DNA of 32,000 nt. Source: Candidatus Saccharimonadota bacterium. Its GTDB lineage: Bacteria > Pseudomonadota > Gammaproteobacteria > Enterobacterales > Enterobacteriaceae. The DNA lies in the NCBI RefSeq assembly GCF_004296535.1, contig NZ_AP018159.1:187842-219841 (forward strand). The letters run 5' to 3'. Made by a program: the position numbers and the translations under genes. The notes under the pieces were generated by a model that worked only from the letters and a program-made list of their open reading frames with translations, made no database searches and was not told the origin of the DNA. Shown here in pieces: positions 16,521 to 26,704 of the stretch (its first letter is position 1; the number at the start of each line of letters is the position of its first letter).

Positions 16521-17810
16521 TTAGTTATACTTAAAAAAAAAATTTAATTTATCAATTATTTTTTTTAAATTATTAAAACTTATTTTTTCTATCATTACAT
16601 TTTTATTAAATAAAAATATTTCATTAATATTATTTTTTTTATTAATTATCAAAGAAATATAAATATTATTTTTTTTAATAATTTTAATTTTATTTTTTAT
16701 ATTAGAAAAGGAATAATCAACTAATATTTTTAATTTTGGATATAAAAATCTTATCTTTTCTGATATATATATAGTAAATTTAAGAGATTTAAATTTAATT
16801 AATGATATATATATATTATATTTATTTTTTAAATATAAATTATTTTTTTTTTTATATTTATTATCTAATATTAATAATAATCTATTCCATCCTATTGCTA
16901 ATCCAACAGATGAAATATTATATTTATTATTTAATTTATTACATAAATTATCATATCTTCCTCCTGAACATATAGATAAACCATTTAAATAATTTGATTT
17001 GTATTCAAATATAATTTTTGAATAATAATTTATTCCTCTAAATAAAAAAGGATTATAATAAAAATTTATTTTATTTAAATAAAGTAATTTTCTAAAATAT
17101 TTAAAATAAATATAATCCTTTATAGTAAAGTATTTAGTTATTTTAGGACAATTTTTTAAAATAAAATTTTTTATATTATTACAACCTATATTATATTTAG
17201 ACTCTAAAATGTTAAATGGGTTATTATTTATATTATTTATATTTAAATTACCAAATATTTCTTTGTTTTTGATTAAAAAATTTATAATATCATTTTTATA
17301 TAAATTAATATAATTAATTCCTATATAATTAATTTCTAATATTATTTCATTAATTATTTTTATTTTTTTTAAAAATTTATTTATTATTAAAATTAATTCT
17401 ATATCAATACCTATAGAATCATAACCAAAACATTCAATTCCAAATTGATAAAATTCTCTATATCTACCTAATTGAGTATTTTCATATCTAAACATTGGTC
17501 CAAAATACCACCATTTATTTTTTTGACCTCTAAAAAAACCATTTTCCAATCCAAATCTTATACAACAAGATGTTCCTTCTGGTCTTAATACAAAATTTTT
17601 ATTTTTAATATAAAACATTTGATTTATTAAATTATTATTTAATCCTATAGAATTTTTAAATAAATAATCATATTCTAATAACGGAAATATTATTTCATTA
17701 TAACCATAAGAAATAACTATTTTTTTTATTTCATTTAAAATGATATTCCATCTAAATAAATAAATATAATCATAATCTTTAAATCCTTTAATCTTTTTAA
17801 TATTTTTCAT
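16521..17810 (-). CDS. hisS: Histidyl-tRNA synthetase
   Basis: 'KGFKDY', 'LRPEGTSCCIRF' (E. coli 'LRPEGTAGCVRA'), 'WYFGPMFRYENTQLGRYREFYQFGIECFG' and 'GGRYDNL' are class II HisRS motifs. Confidence 0.93.
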   Translation of the reverse strand: MKNIKKIKGFKDYDYIYLFRWNIILNEIKKIVISYGYNEIIFPLLEYDYLFKNSIGLNNNLINQMFYIKNKNFVLRPEGTSCCIRFGLENGFFRGQKNKWWYFGPMFRYENTQLGRYREFYQFGIECFGYDSIGIDIELILIINKFLKKIKIINEIILEINYIGINYINLYKNDIINFLIKNKEIFGNLNINNINNNPFNILESKYNIGCNNIKNFILKNCPKITKYFTIKDYIYFKYFRKLLYLNKINFYYNPFLFRGINYYSKIIFEYKSNYLNGLSICSGGRYDNLCNKLNNKYNISSVGLAIGWNRLLLILDNKYKKKNNLYLKNKYNIYISLIKFKSLKFTIYISEKIRFLYPKLKILVDYSFSNIKNKIKIIKKNNIYISLIINKKNNINEIFLFNKNVMIEKISFNNLKKIIDKLNFFFKYN

Positions 17811-17847
17811 TATTTTTTAAAAAAAATTATTTTTTAAATTATTTATT

Positions 17848-19758
17848 TTAAATTTTATTTATAAAATTAATATATTTAAATAGTAAATAAATCAAATTAT
17901 TATTATTAATTACAATTATTTTATTTAATAAATATTTTATGAAATTAGACAATTTAAATAAATTTAATATAATTAAATTAAATTTAGAATCATTATCTTT
18001 TTTTTTTATTATTTTTTCAATATATAATAAAATATTTAAAAATTTTTTTTCTAATTTAGATAAATTATTATAATAAAATTTATAGTTATTAATTTTAATT
18101 TTATTTTTATTTTTTTTTAATAAATTTATAATTCTTTTAAATATAATAGATATAAATTTAAATTCATTATTATATTTTTTTATTATATTAAGTATTAAAT
18201 TTATATTAAAAATTTTAATATTTTTTGTTATTAAAAAATTAACTAAATGTTTATTTTTATTTATTTTTAAAAAAAATAATTTAAATCTAATAAAAATTAT
18301 TTTTTTAATAAAAAATAAATATTTATTAAAATTTACATTATAATATAAATCTTTATTGTATTTTCTTGTATATAAAATTAATTTTCTTACAGTATAGTTA
18401 ATATCAAAATAAAAATCATTTTTCAATAAAATATTAATTATAAAATTTATATCTTTTTTTATAAAAAATGGATCATTATCTAAATTATTTTTATTTTTTA
18501 AAAAATAAAAATATAAATTACAAACAATATTATCAATTTTATCAACTAATAATATTAAAAATGATAAATAATTTAATTTATTATTTTTTATATAATTAAT
18601 ATTACATTGTTCTTTTATTAATATAATAATATCTTTATTTATATTTTTATTTAAATTTAAAAAATATGAATTTATATAACCTTTCATACAAAAAAATTCT
18701 TTTACTAAATTAGAATTTATATCATTCTTATATAAAAAACATGATAAATTAATTTTTTTATAATCTATATTTAGATTTGATTTTTTACTTAATAAAAAAG
18801 ATATATTTGTAATTCTTAATATTTTATGATACATACTTCCAAATTCTTTTCTAAAAATTATTTTTTTAAATTTATCAAAATTATTTAATAATAAATATCT
18901 TTTATCTAAATTAAATAATATTTTTATTTTTTTAAAATAATTTATTATTATATTTTTATAATGATATTTAATATTTTTATTTATTTTTATATTCGATACA
19001 CATACTATATAAGGTAACAATTTATTATTTAAATTACTCATTATTAATAAATAATTATAATATTTATATAAAATATTTATCATAATATTTTTATCTATAA
19101 ATAAATTATTATATATTTTAATATAAAAAATATTTGGATTTTCATATAAATAAGATATTTTTTTTAATAAAGCATTATTTATTATAATATTTCCATTTAA
19201 TTTTTTTTCTATTGCTTCTATATATTTTTTAATTTTAAATTTTCTATCATTAAAATTTATAATAATATTGTTCTTTCTTAAAAATAAATAATAATTTTTT
19301 ATATTATTTATAATAATTTTATTTTCTTTATCAAAAAAATTTTTATAAGTAAAATTATTAGATTCTAAATTAAAAATTTTTATTTTTAATATTTTATTAT
19401 TAAATAATAATAAAATATTCCTTATTGGTCTAATAAAAAAAATATTACTATTATTCCATTTCATTATATTAAATTTTTTTAAAATATAATTAATAGAATC
19501 TAATATATTTTCTTTTACAATTTTATATATTTTTATATTTTTAGTTAAATTAACATTTTTTTTTATTAAAAAATTTTTAATTATAAACCCTAATCTCTTA
19601 TTTGTAGATATATATTCTATATTATCGTTTATATAAAAATTATTTTTTATTTTATTTGTAAAATAATCAAAAAAAATATTAGATAAAGATATTACAAAAT
19701 TATTTGGAATGTTTTCTATATATATCTCTAATAATAAATTGTTTTTATTTTTTATCAT
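17848..19758 (-). CDS. glyS: Glycyl-tRNA synthetase beta subunit
   Basis: 'LLLEIYIENIPNNF' resembles E. coli 'FLVEIGTEELPPKA'. 'MKWNNSNIFFIRPIRNILLLFNNKIL' resembles '[26 protein letters not shown]'. 'DNDPFFIKKD' resembles 'DKDPFALRRA'. It lies directly after glyQ with a 14-bp overlap. Confidence 0.85.
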   Translation of the reverse strand: MIKNKNNLLLEIYIENIPNNFVISLSNIFFDYFTNKIKNNFYINDNIEYISTNKRLGFIIKNFLIKKNVNLTKNIKIYKIVKENILDSINYILKKFNIMKWNNSNIFFIRPIRNILLLFNNKILKIKIFNLESNNFTYKNFFDKENKIIINNIKNYYLFLRKNNIIINFNDRKFKIKKYIEAIEKKLNGNIIINNALLKKISYLYENPNIFYIKIYNNLFIDKNIMINILYKYYNYLLIMSNLNNKLLPYIVCVSNIKINKNIKYHYKNIIINYFKKIKILFNLDKRYLLLNNFDKFKKIIFRKEFGSMYHKILRITNISFLLSKKSNLNIDYKKINLSCFLYKNDINSNLVKEFFCMKGYINSYFLNLNKNINKDIIILIKEQCNINYIKNNKLNYLSFLILLVDKIDNIVCNLYFYFLKNKNNLDNDPFFIKKDINFIINILLKNDFYFDINYTVRKLILYTRKYNKDLYYNVNFNKYLFFIKKIIFIRFKLFFLKINKNKHLVNFLITKNIKIFNINLILNIIKKYNNEFKFISIIFKRIINLLKKNKNKIKINNYKFYYNNLSKLEKKFLNILLYIEKIIKKKDNDSKFNLIILNLFKLSNFIKYLLNKIIVINNNNLIYLLFKYINFINKI

Positions 19759-20617
19759 ATTTATTTATGGATTTATAATATATATTTGCTATTTTTTTTG
19801 ATAAATTTTGTATATAAATTATATTAGATTTTTTTTCAAAAATAGAAAAAAAATATTTAGCATCTATCATATTAAATATATGAATTAATTTTAAAATATA
19901 TTCATATGTCGGCAATATCAATTTTTTTTTTAATAAAAATAATGCATTTATATTTTTTTTATATTCATTAAATATATTAAATAAAAATTTTTTATTAAAT
20001 AATTTTAAATTATATATAGAAAATTCTTTCTCATAACTATCAAAAATATTACCATATTTTAAATTATTATTTTTACTCCATAATATATCAGATATATTAT
20101 TTTTCTTTTGTATTATTAAAGATAACCTTTCTAATCCATAAGTTATTTCTATCATTATTGGATTACAATTAATACCTCCTATTTGTTGAAAATATGTAAA
20201 CTGACTAACTTCTAAACCATTTATATGTATTTCCCATCCTATTCCCCAAGCAGATAATGTTGGATTTTCCCAATTGTCTTCTAAAAAATCTATATTATTT
20301 AGTTTTAAATTTATTCCTATATATTTTAATGATTCTATATATAGGTATTGTATATTTTCTGGAACAGGTTTTATTATTACTTGTAATTGAAAATAATAAA
20401 AACGTTTATAAAAATTTTTATAAGGTTTAGAATCATTTGGTCTTCTACATGGTTGAACATAAACAAAATTAGTTTTTTCTTTATTTATCCCTCTAAAAAA
20501 TGTAATAGGATGTAAAGTTCCAGCACCAATTTCTAAATCATAAGGTTGTATAACAATACATTTTTTTTTAGACCAATATTTTTTTAACAAAAAAATAATA
20601 TTTTCAAAAGTTTTCAT
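19745..20617 (-). CDS. glyQ: Glycyl-tRNA synthetase alpha subunit
   Basis: 'YVQPCRRPNDS', 'YYFQLQVIIKPVPENIQ', 'FLEDNWENPTLSAWGIGWEIHINGLEVSQFTYFQQIGG' and 'EITYGLERL' are nearly colinear with E. coli GlyQ. Confidence 0.95.
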   Translation of the reverse strand: MKTFENIIFLLKKYWSKKKCIVIQPYDLEIGAGTLHPITFFRGINKEKTNFVYVQPCRRPNDSKPYKNFYKRFYYFQLQVIIKPVPENIQYLYIESLKYIGINLKLNNIDFLEDNWENPTLSAWGIGWEIHINGLEVSQFTYFQQIGGINCNPIMIEITYGLERLSLIIQKKNNISDILWSKNNNLKYGNIFDSYEKEFSIYNLKLFNKKFLFNIFNEYKKNINALFLLKKKLILPTYEYILKLIHIFNMIDAKYFFSIFEKKSNIIYIQNLSKKIANIYYKSINKYDKK

Positions 20618-20658
20618 ATTTTTTTAAAAAATAAATATATATATAAAATTTATATATT

Positions 20659-21753
20659 TTAATTAATTATTTTAAATATATTATTTAAAAAATAATAAAA
20701 ATAAATTTTTATAGGATCTACAGCTATATTATTAATCCAAAATTCAAAATGTAAATGAGGACCAGTTGATTTGCCGCTATTGCCAGATAATCCTATTAAT
20801 TCATTTTTTTTTACAAGTTTGTTTTTATATACAAAAATTTTATCTAAATGCATATATTTTGTAGTATATTTATCATTATGCTTAATAATAACATAATTAC
20901 CAGCATATTTATTGTATGATACTTCAATTATTATACCAAAATCTACAGAAAATATTGGAGTATTTAATGGAACAGCTATATCTATACCTTTATGAGGAGA
21001 CAATTTATTAGTTATTGGATTTAATCTTTGTAAATTAAATTTTGATGATATTTTAAATTTATCTTTTACAGGAAATCCAATAAATTTATTTTTTAATTTT
21101 AAAATGATTAAATTGAATTTATTATTTTTTTTAATTACAATATAACTTTTATTTTTAATATTAAATTTTATTAACAAAAAGCTTCTATATTTATATAAAT
21201 AATTATTATATTTTTCTGTTTCCAATAATAAAAAACATTTTTTTTTTAATATACTATTCAAATTTACACATTTTTTAATAATATTTATAATATAATAAAT
21301 ATCATTATTTTTTATTCCTAATTTTAATAAAAAATTTATAAAATTTTCATCTACAATAAAATTAATTAATAAATAATTATTATCATTTATAACTTTATTT
21401 AAAAAAAATATTTTAAAATTATTTTTTATAAAATCATAAGAGCATTTTTTATATATATTATTATAATTTACTTTTTTAATATTATTTTGTTGTTTATTAT
21501 TTATATAACTATTATTACAAATTAATTTTAACTTAAAAAAAAAATTTATTAATTTAAATATAAATATATAATATAAATTATATTTAATAAGATATATACT
21601 TTTATATAAATAAAGTTTATTATTCGTAATAAAAAATTTTTTATTTCTTAATGTTATGTATAAAACATTATTAATAATTGTTTTATTTTTATTAAAAAAA
21701 AATTTATTTTTTATAAAAATAAATAAAAAAATAAAATTAAATATTTTTAACAT
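20659..21753 (-). CDS. mepM: M23-family murein DD-endopeptidase (MepM/YebA-like)
   Basis: The C-terminal LytM domain carries 'HKGIDIAVPLNTPI' (HxxxD) and 'GNSGKSTGPHLHFEF' (HxH). An N-terminal hydrophobic anchor is present. Its position next to ruvC and aspS matches the E. coli mepM...ruvC...aspS neighbourhood. The N-terminal two thirds are low-complexity. Confidence 0.8.
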   Translation of the reverse strand: MLKIFNFIFLFIFIKNKFFFNKNKTIINNVLYITLRNKKFFITNNKLYLYKSIYLIKYNLYYIFIFKLINFFFKLKLICNNSYINNKQQNNIKKVNYNNIYKKCSYDFIKNNFKIFFLNKVINDNNYLLINFIVDENFINFLLKLGIKNNDIYYIINIIKKCVNLNSILKKKCFLLLETEKYNNYLYKYRSFLLIKFNIKNKSYIVIKKNNKFNLIILKLKNKFIGFPVKDKFKISSKFNLQRLNPITNKLSPHKGIDIAVPLNTPIFSVDFGIIIEVSYNKYAGNYVIIKHNDKYTTKYMHLDKIFVYKNKLVKKNELIGLSGNSGKSTGPHLHFEFWINNIAVDPIKIYFYYFLNNIFKIIN

Positions 21754-21769
21754 AATTAAATTTAAACTT

Positions 21770-22243
21770 TTATTTATTAAAATTAAAATTTTTAATATGT
21801 GTTATACCAATAGAAATTGAATCTGCTTCATCAGAACTTGGAACATTATACAAATTAAATATATTTTTTACAAAAAATCTAGTATAAAATTTATTAGAGT
21901 ATATATTATTTAAAGAATATTTTTTGATCTGTTTTGAATTATATTCAAATATAGGAATATTAAAATTTATTAAAGCTAACATTATAACTGTTCTTGCTTG
22001 ACATAACTTTAAAGATGAATTTATATTTTTACCAACAAAAATTTTTTCTATAGCAGATTGTTTTGGATTAAAATATTTTAAAATATCCATTATTTTAAAA
22101 TATATAAATTTTAATTTATATATAAAGATATTATCATTTACTTTTATAGAATTACTAGTTAGATATGTTATATTATTTTTATCAAAATATAATATACAAT
22201 ATCCTATATTATTAGATCCAGGATCTATACTTATTAATATCAT
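21770..22243 (-). CDS. ruvC: Holliday-junction resolvase RuvC
   Basis: 'ILISIDPGSNNIGYCIL' resembles E. coli 'ILGIDPGSRVTGYGVI'. 'AIEKIFV' resembles 'AIEQVFM'. 'SSDEADSISIGI' resembles 'PADAADALAIAI'. The acidic catalytic residues are therefore retained. Confidence 0.88.
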   Translation of the reverse strand: MILISIDPGSNNIGYCILYFDKNNITYLTSNSIKVNDNIFIYKLKFIYFKIMDILKYFNPKQSAIEKIFVGKNINSSLKLCQARTVIMLALINFNIPIFEYNSKQIKKYSLNNIYSNKFYTRFFVKNIFNLYNVPSSDEADSISIGITHIKNFNFNK

Positions 22244-22282
22244 AAAATTATTTATTTTTAAAAAATATATATGTAACTTCTA

Positions 22283-23938
22283 CTATTCAGTAATAAAATC
22301 ATAAAATGAACTAGATTTTGGAAATGCTATAACATCTTTTATATTATCTATATTTTTCATTACCATAATTAGTCTGTCTAATCCAAAGGCTATACCTGAA
22401 TGAGGAGGAGTTCCATATTTTAATGAATTTAAAAAAAAACCAAAATTTTTATTTTGATCTTTTTTTGATATATTTAATATATTAAATACCTTTCTTTGTA
22501 AAATTTGATTATTTATTCTAACAGATCCACTTGCTATTTCAACTCCATTTATAATCAAGTCATAAGAATTAGAAATAATTTTGTCTGGATCTTTAATTAT
22601 GTCTATATTTTTATTAAAAAATTTAGGTGAAGTAAAAGGATGATGCACGCATTCATAATTATTATTTTTTTTAACAAACATAGGAAAATATTTTATCCAT
22701 AATAAAGAATATACTTTTTTATTAATTAAATTCAATTTTATAGATAAATTTTTTATAAATTTACCAATATTAAATATACAATCATAACTTGATATAAATA
22801 CTATAAAAAAACTATAATTATAATTTTCGATTGAATTTATAAAAATATTTTTAATAATATTTATATTAAAATTATTTATAAAATTTATTTTTATTTTTAA
22901 AATTTCTTCATTAAATTTAAATTTATTTACTATATAACATTTTATATCCTTAAAATAATTTAATATATAATTATAATTATTTTTAATATCTATATTATTT
23001 TTAATAGGAATTATATATATAAAATCATGATTATTTTCTATATAAAAATTATTTTCTATTAAAATATTAACTAAATTATATATTTTTAATGGATTTCTTA
23101 AATCTGGTTTTTCAGATCCATACATTTCTATAGATTTATTATAATTTATTTCTAATATATTATTTTTCACATCTATATTTAATATTTTTTTAAATAAAAA
23201 ACATATTAATTTATTTGATAAATTAATAATATAATCTTCATTTACAAAAGATGATTCTATATCTAATTGTGTAAATTCAGGTTGTCTATCTTTTCTTAAA
23301 TCCTCATTTCTAAAACATTTTGCTAATTGATAATATTTATTAACCCCAGATATCATTAACATTTGTTTAAATATTTGAGGAGATTGAGATAAAGCCATAT
23401 ATTTATTCTTTAAATAATTTCTTATTAAAAAATTATTTGCACCTTCTAAAGTTGGTTTAGATAATATAGGAGTTTCTATATATATATATTTGTTTTTATT
23501 CATAAAATAATTAATATACCAAATAATTTTAGATTTAATTTTTAAATTATTTAATATATTAGATCTTCTTAAATATAGATACCTAAATTTTAACTTATTT
23601 TTTTCAGATATATTTTTATTATTAATATCTATAGGAAGTTTATCAGATTTTGATATTAAAAAAAATTTTTTTACATTAATTTCAATAATATGTTTACTAT
23701 TTAAAAAAACTAATCCAATTATTTTAATACAAGATTCTATATTTAAATTATATATAATATTTAAAATATATAATTTAAAATTTTCTTTTAAAATATTTAA
23801 TTTAATTGTTCCACTATTATCCCTTAATATAATAACAATAAAATTTTTAAAAATTATTTTATTTTGTATCCATCCATATAAAATTATTTTTTTATTTAAG
23901 TAAATATTTTTTATATCTTTGCAAAATAATTTACGCAT
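22283..23938 (-). CDS. aspS: Aspartyl-tRNA synthetase
   Basis: '[47 protein letters not shown]' is almost identical to the E. coli AspRS motif-2 region. The C-terminal '[17 protein letters not shown]' is motif 3. Confidence 0.95.
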   Translation of the reverse strand: [551 protein letters not shown]

Positions 23939-24086
23939 ATTTTTTAATAATTTTTAAAAAAAAAAAAATTTATATTGTATTAATTTTAATATATATAATA
24001 AAAAAAATAAATTAAATTTTATATATAATAATATATTATAACAAATTATTTTATATATATAATTTTATTATTGTATATATATTTTT

Positions 24087-24773
24087 TTATATTATTTTTT
24101 TATATTTCATAAAACTAATCATTTTTTTTGCAAATAATTTTTCTGCATCCTTTATATTTAATCCAAATGCTATTTTTGATAATTTAATATTATTTATTAT
24201 TAAATCACACTTAACATAAAATATTTTTTTATTATATTTTTTATTTAATAAAATTTTATCTACTGAATAAACAGGACAAGATGACAATTTATTACAAATT
24301 TCTTGCAAATTAGATTTAAAATTTTTAACTATTTTTAATGATATATTTGATATTAATTTTAAATATTTAATATAGATATTAATTATAAATTCTTCAACTT
24401 TTATTAAATTATAATTACTATCTAAATAAATTGCAGCTATAATAGACTCAAATGTATTTTCTATTATTGAATTAGAGATATTATTAAGATTTTTATATCT
24501 TATAAAATTATTTAATTTTATTTTTTTAGAAATTTTTAATATTAATTTAGAATTTATTAAAAAAGATCTTATTTTACTCATATCTCCTTCACTAAAATTA
24601 ATATATTTATCATATAAATATTTAGAAAATATAAAATTTAATATAGAATCTCCTAAAAATTCTAATCTTTCATTATTTAAGTTAGTATAACTTTTATGTG
24701 ATATTGCTTGTAATAATAAATTTTTATTTTTAAATATATATTTAAGTTTATTTTCTATTTTTAAAAAATTCAT
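24087..24773 (-). CDS. rnc: Ribonuclease III
   Basis: The RNase III signature 'NERLEFLGDSILN' is present. 'FESIIAAIYLD' resembles 'VEALIGGVFLD'. A C-terminal dsRBD-length tail is present. It lies downstream of lepB, as in E. coli. Confidence 0.9.
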   Translation of the reverse strand: MNFLKIENKLKYIFKNKNLLLQAISHKSYTNLNNERLEFLGDSILNFIFSKYLYDKYINFSEGDMSKIRSFLINSKLILKISKKIKLNNFIRYKNLNNISNSIIENTFESIIAAIYLDSNYNLIKVEEFIINIYIKYLKLISNISLKIVKNFKSNLQEICNKLSSCPVYSVDKILLNKKYNKKIFYVKCDLIINNIKLSKIAFGLNIKDAEKLFAKKMISFMKYKKII

Positions 24774-24791
24774 ATATATATTAATGCATTT

Positions 24792-25409
24792 TTATTTTAT
24801 TAAAAAAAAATTTAAAATTAATTTATTTATAAAATTTATATTAAAAATTTTATAAACAACTTTTCCTATCAAAAGATTTTTATGTAATAAACCCCAATAT
24901 CTACTATCATAACTATTATTAATATTATCTCCTAATAAAAAATAATAATTATTAGGTATATTAAAAATAATATAATTTATTTTAAATAAATTAAAAAAAT
25001 TTAAATTTAAATTGATATAATTATTATTTTTTAAATATAATAAATTATTAATATTTTCTATTTTATCACCTGGAACACCTTTTATTCTTTTTACATAATT
25101 TATATTTTTATTAAAAGGATATTTAAAGACTACTATATCATTTTTATTAGGATTTTTTATATTTATAATATAATTAATAATTGGTATTTTTATATTATAT
25201 ATAAATTTATTAACAAGTATTATATCACCAGGTTTTAAAGTAGGATACATAGACATAGATGGAATATAAAATATATCAAATATAAATAATTTTATAAAAA
25301 TTATAAATAATAAAAAATAATTTTCTTTTATAATAAAAATAATAATCTTTTTAAATAAAAAATATATTTTTTTCTTTATATTTAATATTATAAATAAAAA
25401 ATTTATCAT
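24792..25409 (-). CDS. lepB: Signal peptidase I (short form, 205 aa)
   Basis: 'IPSMSMYPTLKPGDIILVNKF' resembles E. coli 'IPSGSMMPTLLIGDFILVEKF' (catalytic Ser). 'YVKRIKGVPGDKI' resembles 'YIKRAVGLPGDKV' (catalytic Lys). 'GDNINNSYDSRYWG' resembles 'GDNRDNSADSRYWG'. Confidence 0.9.
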   Translation of the reverse strand: MINFLFIILNIKKKIYFLFKKIIIFIIKENYFLLFIIFIKLFIFDIFYIPSMSMYPTLKPGDIILVNKFIYNIKIPIINYIINIKNPNKNDIVVFKYPFNKNINYVKRIKGVPGDKIENINNLLYLKNNNYINLNLNFFNLFKINYIIFNIPNNYYFLLGDNINNSYDSRYWGLLHKNLLIGKVVYKIFNINFINKLILNFFLIK

Positions 25410-25469
25410 TAAAATATTATATAATAATTTTTTAAAAAAAAATAATATTTAATTTTGTCTAATAAAAAA

Positions 25470-26135
25470 ATGAAAATAACATGGAACAAAATATTTAAAA
25501 TTGAAAAAGAAAAAAAATATTTTAAAAAAATTAAAAAATATATATATATATCTAAAAAAAACAAAAAAATAATATATCCAAATAATGAAGATATTTTTAA
25601 TGCATTTAAATTAACAAAATTTAATAATATTAAAATAGTAATTATTGGACAAGATCCATATTATAAAAAAAATCAAGCTAATGGATTAAGTTTTTCAGTT
25701 AATAAAAATATTATGATACCGCCATCTTTAAAAAATATATATACAGAGTTAAAAAGAGATTTAAATAATTTTAAATATCCTAATCATGGATATTTAAAAA
25801 AATGGTCTACTCAAGGCATTTTATTATTAAATTTAATACTTACAGTAGAAGAAAAAAAACCATTATCTCATGAATTTATAGGTTGGAAAATATTTACCAA
25901 AAGAATAATAAATATTATAAATATATATAAATCAAATATTATATTTTTATTATGGGGAAATTATGTAAAAAATAATATATTAAATATAATAAATAAAAAA
26001 AAACATTATATATTACAAACGTCTCATCCATCACCATTATCTTTTAGAAATGGTTTTTACGGATGTAGTCATTTTTCAAAAGTAAATAATATATTAAAAT
26101 ATAATAAAAAAAAGATAATAGATTGGCAAATATAA
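25470..26135 (+). CDS. ung: Uracil-DNA glycosylase
   Basis: 'VIIGQDPYYKKNQANGLSFSV', 'PPSLKNIY', 'GILLLNLILTV' and 'HPSPLSFRNGFYGCSHF' match E. coli Ung, including the catalytic Asp and His. I prefer the ATG at 25470 ('MKITW', versus E. coli 'MANELTW'). The ORF track's start at 25455 is a TTG, five codons upstream. Confidence 0.93.
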   Translation: MKITWNKIFKIEKEKKYFKKIKKYIYISKKNKKIIYPNNEDIFNAFKLTKFNNIKIVIIGQDPYYKKNQANGLSFSVNKNIMIPPSLKNIYTELKRDLNNFKYPNHGYLKKWSTQGILLLNLILTVEEKKPLSHEFIGWKIFTKRIINIINIYKSNIIFLLWGNYVKNNILNIINKKKHYILQTSHPSPLSFRNGFYGCSHFSKVNNILKYNKKKIIDWQI

Positions 26136-26143
26136 AAAATTTT

Positions 26144-26704
26144 TTATTTTTTAGAAACTTTTACCATAGCTGGTCTTATTAATCTATTGTTTAATATATA
26201 ACCTTTTTGAATAATTTCTGTAACTAAATTATCTTCTAAAGATTCATTTTTAATAGTTAAAATAGCTTGATGGATATTAGGATCAAAAATAACATTTATT
26301 TTATCTATTACTATTAATCCAAATTTATTTGTAATTTGTATAAGCATCTTTAAAGTTAATATTATTCCTTCTTTAATTATATTTATATCTATTTTATCAT
26401 TTTCTAATTCTTTTTCAGTTCTTTCTAAATTATCTATAACTTCTAAAAATTCTGTAAAAAACTTTTCTAATGAAAATTTATATATTTTATCTATTTCTAT
26501 TTTAGATCTTTTATCAATATTTTCTAATTCTGCATTTAATCTTAATATTTTATCAAAATATTCTTTTTCATTTTCATCTATTTTTTTTTCTAAGTCTAAT
26601 ATAATAGATTTACATTTATCACAACTATTTATATCATTATTTTCATTATTTATAATATCATTATTAATATTATCATTTTTATCATTAATATCTTTTTCAA
26701 ACAT
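26144..26704 (-). CDS. grpE: Nucleotide exchange factor GrpE
   Basis: 'KFSLEKFFTEFLEVIDNLER' resembles E. coli '[20 protein letters not shown]'. 'FDPNIHQAI' and 'IIQKGYILNNRLIRPAMVKVSK' resemble '[22 protein letters not shown]'. Confidence 0.88.
   Translation of the reverse strand: MFEKDINDKNDNINNDIINNENNDINSCDKCKSIILDLEKKIDENEKEYFDKILRLNAELENIDKRSKIEIDKIYKFSLEKFFTEFLEVIDNLERTEKELENDKIDINIIKEGIILTLKMLIQITNKFGLIVIDKINVIFDPNIHQAILTIKNESLEDNLVTEIIQKGYILNNRLIRPAMVKVSKK

Noticed and set aside
19745-19758. Three separate overlaps are exactly 14 bp long (ddlA/glnS, tsaB/der, glyQ/glyS), which could suggest a shared motif.
   Set aside because: The three sequences are unrelated apart from TTA/TAA ends imposed by stop codons. 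The equal length is most simply coincidence under the constraint that overlap length is 2 mod 3.
25455-25469. A TTG start for ung, as used by the ORF track (MSNKK-MKITW...).
   Set aside because: The ATG at 25470 gives an N-terminus that lines up better with E. coli Ung (..ELTW versus MKITW). The TTG extension adds only a lysine-rich pentapeptide. I kept it as a noted alternative rather than a separate feature.
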